The position numbers were made by a program, and so were the translations under genes. Shown in pieces: positions 1 through 9,933 of a stretch of DNA of 18,460 nucleotides (positions are counted from its first letter, which is position 1; every line of letters starts with the position of its first letter). The DNA comes from Octopus sinensis (taxonomy: Eukaryota): contig NW_021824495.1 in assembly GCF_006345805.1 (NCBI RefSeq), forward strand, positions 1 to 18,460, written 5' to 3'. The notes under the pieces are model-generated. The model saw only the letters and a list, made by a program, of their open reading frames with translations. It was not told where the DNA came from and did not search any database.

Positions 1-372
1 TTCTATAAAAACATGTTCTCGGCGATGTTAGACCTGTCATTGGTCTCTGCTGGTCACCTGACCACAACCACTCTGGTATGAATTTTATTTCTAAATGACG
101 TGAACAATTTGATTTCAGCGCCATTGTGTATCGGCAGCGTTCCTTTGACCTTTTTCTTGGCTTTGTCAATGAATGAATATTCTGGTTGTCTTTTTCTTTC
201 TCTCTCTCAATCTTTCTTTCTTTCTTTCTTTCACTATTCCATTTTTTTACCTCGTCTCTCTTTCATTCTTTCTCATGATTCGAATACATAATGTTTCTAT
301 GGTAAATTTTCTCATTCCATCTGGCAATCGACGTTATCTTGCATATGTACGCATGTATGTACGTACGTGTGC

Positions 373-374
<2 letters not shown>

Positions 375-423
<49 letters not shown>

Positions 424-424
424 T
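375..424. repeat. (TG)n microsatellite
   Basis: Near-pure TG run of about 20 units with degenerate edges. Confidence 0.95.
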
Positions 425-575
425 GCCTGCGTAGGTGAATATGGTTTACCTTTCGATATTATTGACCTGGAAATGTTCATGCAAAAACTCGGCAATCAGT
501 CTTAGCGGTCATGGAGTTGCCGACCAAAAAGACTCGGTACTTAAATTATAAGTATATGTGTTGTGTGTGCTCGTG

Positions 576-600
576 TATTATATATATTATATTAATATTG

Positions 601-638
<38 letters not shown>

Positions 639-668
639 GAGAGAGAGATAGATAGATAGATAGGATAG

Positions 669-702
<34 letters not shown>
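576..702. repeat. Compound (TA)n-(GA)n-(GATA)n microsatellite; the GATA part abuts the 3' end of the Tx1-like LINE
   Basis: Direct reading of the sequence. Confidence 0.95.
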
Positions 703-1250
703 TGTTTCTTATTAGCCACACAGGGCTGCACACAGATAGAACAAATTACAAGGTAGAGTTTTCTTTTGTTTAAGGTTTTAAAAAAAAAAAAAAAAAAAGG
801 AAGGGGGAAGTTTCGATCAAAAGGGATCGTAAAAGGAGGAGAAAGAGGACAAAAAAAGGGGGGTTAAAAAAAAGGGGGAGAGGAAAAAAAAAAGAAAAAA
901 AAAATGGTCAATAGGGATCGTTATCACAGAAATGTCAATATGAAGTGTAAAGGGGAGGACAGGTGAGGTTTACCCGTGGAAAGAAAAGCTCGGAAAAGAC
1001 CACGGTACCTCGGTCAATGAAGTCACATTTATATTCTTTTTTTTTTTTTTTTTTTGCAAATAAAGCAACTCTCTGTTTTCGATTCTGGGTTCATAGGACT
1101 ATGCTCAAGGTGGCTTCGTCATTCATAGTGCCATTCTTGATACATTCACCCATCTTTTTTTAAAACATTCGCTAGACAAAACTTGCCTCTCTACTCTCAC
1201 TTTCCTTTTCAAGTGGTACTTGAAGAAGTTGATGAGAGATTGACCACACT
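703..1250 (-). mobile_element. 5'-truncated L1/Tx1-clade non-LTR retrotransposon: ORF2 C-terminal remnant plus 3' UTR
   Basis: Minus strand 1248-1123 translates as CGQSLINFFKYHLKRKVRVERQVLSSECFKKRWVNVSRMAL*. An apparent 1-nt frameshift would continue it as MNDEATLSIVL* (stop at 1093-1091). The basic, F..RW-ending peptide resembles Tx1-type ORF2 termini (recall, not searched). A pyrimidine-rich 3' UTR follows and ends ...GCAGCCCTGTGTGGCTAATAAGAAA directly against (TATC)n. Confidence 0.65.
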
Positions 1251-1340
<90 letters not shown>

Positions 1341-1341
1341 T
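1251..1341. repeat. (TAGA)n microsatellite at the truncated 5' end of the Tx1-like element
   Basis: Pure run of about 22 units. Confidence 0.97.
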
Positions 1342-1629
1342 AAGGCAACATGGCCTTCTGTGTATGTATGTACGAAATCAGAACAGATCCTGTTGACTCT
1401 TCCGATTCAGAATAGAACTAAGCTCATATGTAGAAATACATAAGCATGAATGAATGACTAATGCACAATAAAAGTTCATGTATAATAGGCTTGTAAACCA
1501 ATGTTTATAAAAGGGAAAGGTCGCGTCATCGTGGGCCGACACAGCATGGCATCAGTGTTGCCACGAATATTGTTGTCAGATCTAAAGGACACGAGCGAGA
1601 AACTGTAAAGCATCAGGTTCTATCCTGGG

Positions 1630-1779
1630 TTAGTACTGTCTGTTTAATAATCCCCAAAATGGATGATACACGAAACTGACCTCAGCGGGATTTGAACTCA
1701 GAACACGGAGAAACAGGAGAAATATTGTGAAGCAAGGCATTCTATCCAACGCTCTAACAACTCTGCTCATTCGTCGCCT
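1630..1779 (-). mobile_element. Diverged tRNA-derived SINE, family A (head GGCGGCGAGCTGGCAGAA...)
   Basis: Minus strand contains TGAGTTCAAATCCCGCTGAGG (B-box region) and aligns by eye to the better copies at 6720 and 16313. Confidence 0.75.
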
Positions 1780-1810
1780 TAAAGAGTGTATTATTCGTGG
1801 AGTTTTACCT

Positions 1811-2210
1811 AGGCGTAAGCGTTGCTCTGTGGTAAGAAGTTTTCTTCCAAACCACATGGTCCCGAGTTCACTCTCACTGCGTGGTAGCCTCGGCAAAAGT
1901 CTTCTACTATAGCCCCAGGCTGATCAAAGCTTTGTGAGTGGATTTGGTAGATAGAAACTGAAAGAAGCCCATCGTATATCTATCTATGTGTGTGTGTGTG
2001 CGTGTCTTTGTACATATGTTAGTTTCTCACCACTATTTGACAACCGACGTAGGTGTGTTTACATCCCTGTAAGGTAGCGGTTCAACACAAAGGCTGATAG
2101 AAGCACCAAGCTTTACAAAAACATAATAAGTACTGGTGTCGAATTCCTTCGACTAAAATTCTCCAAGACAGTGCCTCAGCATGGCTGCTGTCTAATGAAG
2201 AGTTAAAAGA
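1811..2210 (+). mobile_element. Full-length tRNA-derived SINE, family B (CORE-like middle, internal TG microsatellite)
   Basis: Head GGCGTAAGCGTTGCTCTGTGGTAAGAAG...GAGTTCA; middle CCTCGGCAAAAGTCTTCTACTATAGCC; GGATTTGGTAGATAGAAACTGAAAGAAGCCC; tail CAGCATGGCTGCTG. Homologous copies at 9048-9195, 10261-10895 and 12240-12635. Confidence 0.85.
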
Positions 2211-2510
2211 CGATATTCCTTTGTGATGGTATGTAAACACAACAAAATTTGCTTTTTTAGAAGCGTTGGGATGTATTGAAATATCTTACTCTCAAACCCA
2301 TAATAATGCTGAATAGCATAGAACATTCGTATATCGTACCTTCTCCTTTTAAGAGAGAGGAGGACGCACCAAAGACACACGGACAGGATGAACTCGCGGT
2401 TTCACACCAGTTGTCTCGAGTTGAGTCGAGTCTCCAGCTTAAAAATAAAATTCTTCTCTTTCTTCCCACAAGTGGTGATGCTGGTGGTAGTGGTGGTGGT
2501 GGGTGGTTAC

Positions 2511-2607
2511 AGCGGAATCGGAACTTAGAATGTAAAATGCTAGAAGAAATGTCGCTACGGCTAAGCTGTTTGTCCGACGCGGCTACGATTCTGCGGCTCA
2601 TCGCCTT
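2511..2607 (-). mobile_element. Diverged 5' head fragment of SINE family A
   Basis: Reverse complement starts AAGGCGATGAGCCGCAGAATCGTAGCC... and includes TCTAAGTTCCGATTCCGC (B-box-like). Confidence 0.6.
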
Positions 2608-2620
2608 CATCCTGGATAAT

Positions 2621-2838
2621 TCTTTTCACTATAGGCACAAGGCCTGAAATTTGGGGTGCGTGACAGAAGCATATTGAGTACATCGACCCCAGTATGCAAC
2701 TGGTACTTATTTTATCGATCCCCGAAAGAATGAACGGCAAAGCTGACCTCGGCGGAATTTGAACTCAGAATATAAAGACGGACGAAATGTCGTTTGGCAT
2801 TTTATCCGGCGCAGTTACGTTTTGCCAACTCGCCGCCT
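2621..2838 (-). mobile_element. Full-length SINE family A monomer
   Basis: Head AAGGCGGCGAGTTGGCAAAACG, B box GAGTTCAAATTCCGCCGAGGTC, body TAAGTACCAGTTGCATACTGGGGTCGATG, tail GGCCTTGTGCCTATAGTGAAAAGA. Confidence 0.9.
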
Positions 2839-3054
2839 TCATTCTGAATAATATGATTACTTGAAGAAAACCGATAGATTGCTTTCTTTTTCCTTTTTTC
2901 CTATTTTTTTAAATTTTCTTTTGTTTTGTTTTACCATTTCTCTTCTGGTTGAGTAACAATGTAAATTATCGATTTTCTAAAAATCGATTTTAGATCTGTA
3001 TTATAAAAATATTGGTGTTTCGCTATTATCGCTGTAAGAATCACTCATTCAGTT

Positions 3055-3950
3055 TCGTGTTGTTGTTGCTGTTGTTGTTGTTGTTGTTAAACTTATCGCT
3101 GTTGCAGTTGTTAATGGTGATGCTGATGATGTTGATGTTGTTCTTCTTGTACTTGTTCTTCATTTTAACGATGACCTGACTGTTCTCGTTCTTGTTATCG
3201 TCGTTGTTTTTGTTGTTCCATATTTGTTGCTGTTGTTGTTATTGTTGTTGTTGTTGTTCCAGTGGCTGCTTGTTGATTGCATTCGTGGAAAGGTTTTCGG
3301 TGTTGTTGTTGTTGTTGTTGTTTCTGTCATTGTTTTTGTTGTAATATTTTGTTATTGTTTATATATTTTTTGCCTCTTGCACTTATTTATTGCTATGGTT
3401 TATGTATATATATATATATATATATATATACATGCATATATATTGTTTTTGATGTCGATGACCATGATGATAATGACGATGATGATGACGACAGTGGTTA
3501 CGATGATCGTAATGATGAGGAGAAGGAGGAGAAGGGGGAGGAGGAAGAGGAGCAGGAAATCGACGACGACGGCAAAGATGATGATGATCATGATCATTAT
3601 GATAATGATGATAATGACGATGACGACGAGAGTGGTTATGATGATGGTAATGCTGATGATGATGTTCATGATGATGATGATGATGACGATGATGATGATG
3701 ATGATGAGGAGGAGGAGGAGGAGGAGAAGAAGGAAAAGGGGAAGAGGAAGAATAGAAGGGGTGGATGTGGAAGTGAATGGGAAGAGGGGGAGGGGGAGGA
3801 GGGGAACAGGAGTAGGAAGACGACGACGGCGGTAAGGATGATGATGATGATGATGATGCGATTACGATTATGATGATGATAATGACGACGACGGCGACAA
3901 AGACGACGAGGAGGAGGGGGAGGGGGAGGGAGGAGGAGGAGATGATAAGT
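3055..3950. repeat. Compound trinucleotide and low-complexity tract: (GTT)n, (TA)n, (GAT/GAC)n, (GAG/AAG)n
   Basis: Direct reading; it accounts for ORFs 3224..3835, 3277..3873, 3400..3669 and 3666..4064. Confidence 0.9.
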
Positions 3951-4320
3951 GCAGACGTGAATTATTATCGGCGGGTTGGTGTGTGTATCAGTCTGAGATT
4001 GAGGTTGTGAGGATAATGGAACGGTTTGCTGGTGTAGAATGATTGATGGTAACTCATTATTCATAGATCAGCAGATACGATGTCTTTACTAGTCTTGTTT
4101 GGCAAGAGATGGATAATGTAATTAAGAATAAAGTTAAATTTCAAAAAAAAAAAAAGAAAAACACACACACAAATATATACAGATGTGTGTGTGTGTGTGT
4201 ATGTGTACGTATATACATACAAAGGCATTCATTCACACAGATGTACGCAGATATGTAAGTAGAAAGTAGAGGAACTGTTATATGGAAATATACGTAAAAA
4301 CAAGTCACTGACATACAAGA

Positions 4321-4360
4321 TTATATATATATATATGTATGTATATATATATATATATAT

Positions 4361-4391
<31 letters not shown>

Positions 4392-4424
4392 ATATATATA
4401 TATATAGATATATATATGTATGTA
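4321..4424. repeat. (TA)n microsatellite flanking SINE family C
   Basis: Direct reading. Confidence 0.95.
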
Positions 4425-4425
4425 T

Positions 4426-4808
4426 CGTCGTGGCACTCCGTTGGTTATGATGATGAGGGTTCCAGTTGATCCGATCAACGGAACAGTCTGCTCGTGAAAT
4501 TAACATGCAAGTGGCTGAGTACTCCATAGACACGTGTACCCTTAACGTAGTTCTCGGGGAGATTCAGTGTGACACAGAAAGTGACAAGGCTGGCCCTTTG
4601 GAATACAGGCACAACAGAAGTAAGAAGAAAGAGAGAGAAAAAGTTGTGATGAAAGAGTACAGCATGGTTCGCCACCACCTCCTGCCGGAGCCTCGTGGAA
4701 CTTTAAGTGTTTATGCTCAATAAACACTCACAACGCCCGGTCTGGGAATCGAAACTGCGATCCAACGACCGCGAGTCCGCTGCCCTAACCACAGGGCCAT
4801 TGCGCCAC
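4426..4808 (-). mobile_element. Full-length tRNA-derived SINE, family C
   Basis: Minus strand: GTGGCGCAATGGCCCTGTGGTTAGGGCAGCGGACTCGCGGTCG... A-box-like TGGCCCTGTGG, B-box-like GTTTCGATTCCC, then about 300 nt of body and tail ending GGAACCCTCATCATCATAACCAACGGAGTGCCACG. Bounded by (TA)n on both sides. Recalled as an abundant octopus repeat. Confidence 0.85.
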
Positions 4809-4811
4809 CAC

Positions 4812-4837
4812 TATATATAATGTATATATATGTATAC

Positions 4838-4892
<55 letters not shown>

Positions 4893-4903
4893 CATACATA
4901 CAT

Positions 4904-4945
<42 letters not shown>
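4812..4945. repeat. (TA)n/(TACA)n microsatellite
   Basis: Direct reading. Confidence 0.95.
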
Positions 4946-4946
<1 letters not shown>

Positions 4947-5147
4947 CGCACACATATAAACACATACACACACGCATACGTATATACATATGCATATACA
5001 AAGAGAGAGAGAGAGGCACTCAAACATGTCCAGATACGCACATGAAACCTCACATACACACAAATATACAGATATAGGTTACACGTTCACTTGCACTCGC
5101 ATAGATACACCCACACAGAAGTACACACGGGGATACACATACATACG

Positions 5148-5200
5148 GACACACACACACACGCACACACACACACACACACACACGCGCACACACACAC
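5148..5200. repeat. (CA)n microsatellite
   Basis: Direct reading. Confidence 0.9.
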
Positions 5201-5315
5201 AATCACGAAAACGCAGACAAGTATAGGAAAAGAACGAAATGTTAAGTATTACTAAAAACCGTTTTTATTTAATTGGATTTAGCTTTCAATCAATTAAACT
5301 GTATTATATGAGTGA

Positions 5316-5348
5316 AAGTGTGTGTGTATGTGTGTGTGTGTGAGTGAA

Positions 5349-5384
<36 letters not shown>

Positions 5385-5386
5385 CG
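5316..5386. repeat. (TG)n-(CG)n microsatellite
   Basis: Direct reading. Confidence 0.9.
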
Positions 5387-5704
5387 TTTTGTACCCTGTC
5401 AAAATCTAGTCATTATGTATTAATTATTATCTTCCTATAATTTGGTATTTTCCCAAAACCAGAGATCAATATTCTACCTGTCCATGATGTTAAGTTCTTG
5501 ATTGACCCTTACGTTCAAGTCTGATGAAGCAGAATTACAATCATAGGCTTTCCAGTCGTGACCCTCACGCTTTTTTTCCAGGGTGTTTAATAAATATTAC
5601 ATTATTTAATGTGTCATTTCCGCTTATATTTTTAATTTAAGCCTCTAGACTGTGCTTTAGAGGAAAATTCAGCTACTATTTCCAGCAAGTCTACAATTCC
5701 TGTG

Positions 5705-5950
5705 GAAGAAGCACGGCCTAGTGGTTAGGGCATTGAAATCAGAGACACAAGATCGTAGTTTCGAATCCTGAACTGGCTGGTTCGCTGTGCTCATGAGAAA
5801 ACACTTCATTTTATGTACGTCCAAGTCCACTTGGCTGCAGATGAATAACCCTGTAATGGACCGTTCAGAGGGAATGTTTTCATATCAGTCACTTCTACTC
5901 CATGGAAACCGAATGACTGCTCCTATGAATCCTAGGACAAGAAGACAATA
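5705..5950 (+). mobile_element. Diverged tRNA-derived SINE, family D (CORE-like middle)
   Basis: A-box-like CGGCCTAGTGGTTAGG, B-box-like GTTTCGAATCCTG, CORE-like GCTGTGCTCATGAGAAAACACTTCATTT, tail CCATGGAAACC...CCTATGAATCC. Confidence 0.7.
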
Positions 5951-6039
5951 ATGTCCTACTGTTCTACTTCTATTTCGATGTCAAGATGGAAGAAATAGGC
6001 GAGAGTGGGACTGAGGTTATTACTGTTGTTAGTTTCATC

Positions 6040-6195
6040 TCTTTCAACTTTAAATCGTACCAAAATCAACGTCCCTTTTTATTACTTATCTGAAAGTCGA
6101 TAACAGTAATATATTGGAATCGAATTTATCGACTCTATCTAGCCTCTGCCCAGTATCATTAAACAAATTGACCTCGTATCAAGTCCAAACAGTTC
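6040..6195 (+). mobile_element. Highly decayed SINE family A fragment
   Basis: Residual motifs AGTCGATAA, GGAATCGAATTTATCGACT and ATTGACCTCGTATCAAG in the expected order. Confidence 0.4.
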
Positions 6196-6719
6196 GATCA
6201 ATCTTTAAACTTATCTTTTCATCAACCTTTCCATTTATCTAAGGTCAGAGTTTCCCATAAACTGCCATTTTTCTAATAGTAATTATTCTGATTTATTTCC
6301 TTATCCTCTTTGATAAATCACGTTCTTCTTTTCATCACTGAATTTCATTTAATTCTTCATCGTTGTAGTATCCTTTACATTAAATTTAATGAAATATTTC
6401 TGAATATATTAGTGTTAACCCTGTGTTGAATCTGCATCACAGATAAGTAATTGGAGAAGCTACTCTCACAGTTACTAGTTTCGTATTTCCTTGGCGCAGG
6501 GAATTCATTCGTTGATATTCTTTAATAATGAATGTTACAAGTCCCCACATTCCCTCCAGCAAAACTGCATCACGCGTTATGGTTAGTCATCGATTGCTGC
6601 ACCAGACAGTAGTCCTGCCTCATTTTGCTCTTATGCGCCCTTATTTTATCATAACTCCGGTGTAACACATTTTCACTTGCTAGTAACTCGTTGTCATCTC
6701 AACATTTTTCATTTAATAA

Positions 6720-7299
6720 GGCTGCGAGCTGGCAGAAACGTTAGCACGCTGGGCGAAATGCTTAGCAGTATTTCGTCTGCCGTTACGTTCTGAGTTCAAA
6801 TTCCACCGAGGTCGATTTTGCCTTTCATCCTTTCGGGGTCAATAAATTAAGTACCAGTTACGCACTGGGGTCGAAATTATCGACTTAATCCGTTTATCTG
6901 TCCTTGTTTGTCCTCTCTATGTTTCGCCCCTTGTGGGTAGTAAAGAAATAGGTATTTCGTCTGTCTTTATGTTCTGAGTTCAAATTCCGCCAAGGTCGAC
7001 TTTGCCTTTCATCCATTCGGGGTCGATAAATTAAGTACCAGTTACGCACTGGGGTCGATATTATCGATTTAATCCGTTTATCTGTCCTTGTTTGTCTCCT
7101 TTGTGTGTACCCCCTTGTGGGTAGTAAAGAAATAGGTATTTCGTCCGTCTTTACGTACTGAGTTCAAATTCCGCCAAGGTCGACTTTGCCTTTCATCCTT
7201 TCGTGGTCGGTAAATTAAGTACCAGTTGCTTACTTGGGTTAATCTAAAGGGCTGGCCCCTCTCCAAAAAATTCGGATCTTGCACCTAAAGTAGAAAAGA
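6720..7299 (+). mobile_element. Composite (trimeric) SINE family A: head, two 184-bp body-plus-Tx1-like-tail units, then body plus ordinary tail
   Basis: Head GGCTGCGAGCTGGCAGAAACGTTAGC. The body repeats in register at 6767, 6951 and 7135 (184-bp period). Junctions read TAAAGAAATA|GGTATTTCGTC at 6950/6951 and 7134/7135. Ends GCACCTAAAGTAGAAAAGA. Confidence 0.9.
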
Positions 7300-7317
7300 A
7301 AATGTTCCATTTAATTA

Positions 7318-7531
7318 GGGCGGAAAACCGGCAGAATGGTTAGCACGCCGGGTAACAATGCTTTGAGGCACTTCGTCCGTCTTAAGGTTCTGAGTTGAAA
7401 TTCCACTGCTGTCGTTTTTGCCTTTTTATCTTTTTGGGCTCGATAAAATAAGTACCAGTTGAACTATGGGGTCGATGTAATCGGCTTATCCCATCCCCAA
7501 AGTTACTGAACTTGTGCCACCATTTGAAACC
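7318..7531 (+). mobile_element. SINE family A monomer
   Basis: GGGCGGAAAACCGGCAGAATGGTTAGCACGCCGG...GAGTTGAAATTCC...AAGTACCAGTTGAACTATGGGGTCGATG...CTTGTGCCACCATTTGAAACC. Confidence 0.85.
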
Positions 7532-7638
7532 CTAACATTCGTTTAATAGATGTCTCTGAAATATGGCGGGAAGAAACTGCAAATAACACTTAAATCAAGA
7601 TTTTTACAAATGAATACGTGTGTGTGTGTATATATATA

Positions 7639-7824
7639 GTTGAAATTTACAGAAAAACAAAGGACGAAGTCAGGTGTATAAACAACAAGAAGGTATATTA
7701 GTTTGACGCTCGGCAAGGTGAGGAGGTCTTTTACGTTTCGAACCTACGCTCTTCAACAGAGAGGAACACGAGGATACAAACAGAGAGGGAATTAAAAAAA
7801 AACATTTGGAGTCAGCGGTCAATC
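7639..7824 (-). mobile_element. Probable Penelope-like element terminal (pseudo-LTR) fragment embedded in (TA)n
   Basis: A 186-bp non-simple segment bounded by (TA)n on both sides. It carries a minimal hammerhead-like motif CTGTTGAAGAGCGTAGGTTCGAAACGTA on the minus strand, a hallmark of PLE terminal repeats. The family assignment is from recall. Confidence 0.55.
7726..7764 (-). ncRNA. Minimal type I hammerhead ribozyme motif, non-canonical core (A6U)
   Basis: CUGUUGA-A-GAGC-GUAG-GUUC-GAAAC-GUA: stem II GAGC/GUUC (one G-U), palindromic ACGU stem III, cleavage triplet GUA, poorly paired stem I. Confidence 0.55.
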
Positions 7825-7840
7825 ATATATATATATAAAG

Positions 7841-7877
<37 letters not shown>

Positions 7878-7897
7878 TATATATATATATAATATAA

Positions 7898-7933
<36 letters not shown>

Positions 7934-7992
7934 ATATAATATATTATATATATATATATTATATATATATATATATACATACACACACACAC
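7825..7992. repeat. Interrupted (TA)n with terminal (CA)n
   Basis: Direct reading. Confidence 0.95.
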
Positions 7993-9047
7993 TATAAGAT
8001 ATATGGGTTAGAAAGACACATAGCGTGTAAATCCTTAAAAATATTAGATGGAAGATTCTCATATCACATGAAGATATCATTTCCACATAAGGAAACGATT
8101 CTTATAAGAGAAGCCATCGTCATCATCATCATCGTCGTCGTTGTCGTAGTCCTTGATGCTTTTATTATCATCGTTACTATCAACATGTATCTTTTTCAAA
8201 CTTTCAAAGCAATGTAGATATAAAATTACTAACTTGTTTAAGATATTTTTATGGTTGTTACTTGAGATGAAACTTGTCTTTACGAGTCAGCAAACGTATA
8301 ATTAAGAGGAATCTCATAGCTTTAGAAGCCGTTTCTTTTGCATTTTGTTATTGCTCTGTCGTGTTAATCACGAGTTTCTTTCTATTATAGCTGTTCTATT
8401 TCCAATAATATCTTCACCTGGAATAAAGGCTATAATAAATAAGAACACCGTGGCGTTAGATAAGGAAATAATTACTACTGTTTCGAGCTGAAGTTCTTTA
8501 TCAACAAAGAAAGAGAGCAATGATAACAATAATTCCTGGTACTGTTATGCTGAAGTTATGATTGTAATAGTCACGGAACCATCGAATCTTGAACAAAAGT
8601 CCATGGATTTACCTCCCTAAGTTTCCTCGATAAAGAATCATAGTTCGTAACGTCGAGACTTTTGTTTTCCTCACAGCAACCGCTTTTATTCGTAAATAAG
8701 TACTAAATTCCCTTCGGTTTTCTAGTTGCTGCTGAAAGTTAATATGGAATTGCATCTACTTTGAATTTCTTCCACATTATCCGATGTTTTCTATTCTTTT
8801 TCACAACCTTCTCAATCTTACAAAGTCGTATTTTCTTTCTATTACATATATTTCCACAATACCATAAAAAATCAAAGAAGATTTAATCTGCATCACATAT
8901 AAGCAGGTTTTTAGATGTAGAATTTGTATCTTGTATATCTTATGCACACATGCACATACACACATGCATAAAGACACACACATTAATATATACGCACGCA
9001 CACACATTCAAACACACTCATACCTAGTTTGACATAAACAAATTACG

Positions 9048-9195
9048 GTCTTCTTTCTCACTCTACCAAATTCACTTACAATGCTTCCGTTTCCCGGGGC
9101 TATAGTAGAAGACATTTAGGGGGCTACGCAGTAGAAATAAACCGAAACTATATGGCTGGGAAACAAACTTCTGATTACACAGCCATGCCTGCGTC
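9048..9195 (-). mobile_element. 5' half of SINE family B
   Basis: Reverse complement begins GACGCAGGCATGGCTGTGTAATCAGAAG...TGTCTTCTACTATAGCCCCGGG...GTGAATTTGGTAGAG; aligns to the 1811 copy. Confidence 0.8.
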
Positions 9196-9198
9196 TAT

Positions 9199-9276
9199 AT
9201 GTGTGTGTTTATGTATTTATGTATGTATGTTGTATGTGTAAGCACACGTGCATGTATGTATGCATGTACGTATACT

Positions 9277-9310
<34 letters not shown>

Positions 9311-9669
9311 TGTATGTATGTATGTATGTATGTATGTATGCATGCAAGTATGTATGTATGTATGTATGTATGTATGTATGTATGTATGTATGTATATATG
9401 TATGCATGTATGTATGTATGTATGTATGTATGTATGTATGTATGTATGTATGTATGTATGTATGATGCATGCAAGTATGTATGTATGTATGTATGTATGT
9501 ATGTATGTATGGTGGTATGTATGTGTTGTATGTATGTATGTATGTATGTATGTTGTATGTATGTATGTATGTATGTAGTATGTTTGTATGTATGTATGTA
9601 TGTATGTATTGTATGTATGTATGTATGTATGTATGTATGTATGTATGTATGTATGTATGTACGTATACT

Positions 9670-9703
<34 letters not shown>

Positions 9704-9899
9704 TGCATGTATGTATGTATGTATGTATGTATGTATGTATGTATGCATGTATGTATGTATGTATGTATGTATGTATGTATGTATGCATGCATGCAAGTAT
9801 GTATGTATGTATGTATGTATGTATGCATGCATGTATGTATGTATGTATGTATGTATGTATGTATATATGTATGCATGTATGTATGCATGTACGTATACT

Positions 9900-9933
<34 letters not shown>

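Noticed and set aside
445-505. Short minus-strand open segment LIAEFLHEHFQVNNIE followed by GTAAAC
   Set aside because: No convincing acceptor, with in-frame stops just upstream.
963-1163. Plus-strand 66-aa ORF
   Set aside because: Antisense to the Tx1-like remnant and crossing a poly-T tract.
2340-2437. Possible minus-strand exon (TTTTAAG|CTGGAGAC...GGAGAAG|GTACGA; WRLDSTRDNWCETASSSCPCVFGASSSLLKGE)
   Set aside because: Short pyrimidine tract preceded by purines, no recognisable protein similarity and no partner exons; needs RNA-seq.
3224-4064. ORFs rich in poly-L/V/M/R, poly-D/E, poly-I or poly-S
   Set aside because: Overlapping frames on both strands of trinucleotide repeats; no domain or splice support.
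5521-5560. CTGATGA motif (also at 12968 and 11624 on +, and about 15092 on -)
   Set aside because: No correctly placed CGAAA with paired stems I-III; not hammerheads.
6720-6810. tRNA-like A and B boxes here and in other SINE heads
   Set aside because: No complete cloverleaf or acceptor stem; they are SINE heads, not tRNA genes.
6767-7250. Regularly spaced repeats could suggest a CRISPR-like array
   Set aside because: The units are 184-bp homologous SINE segments with no unique spacers, in eukaryotic DNA.
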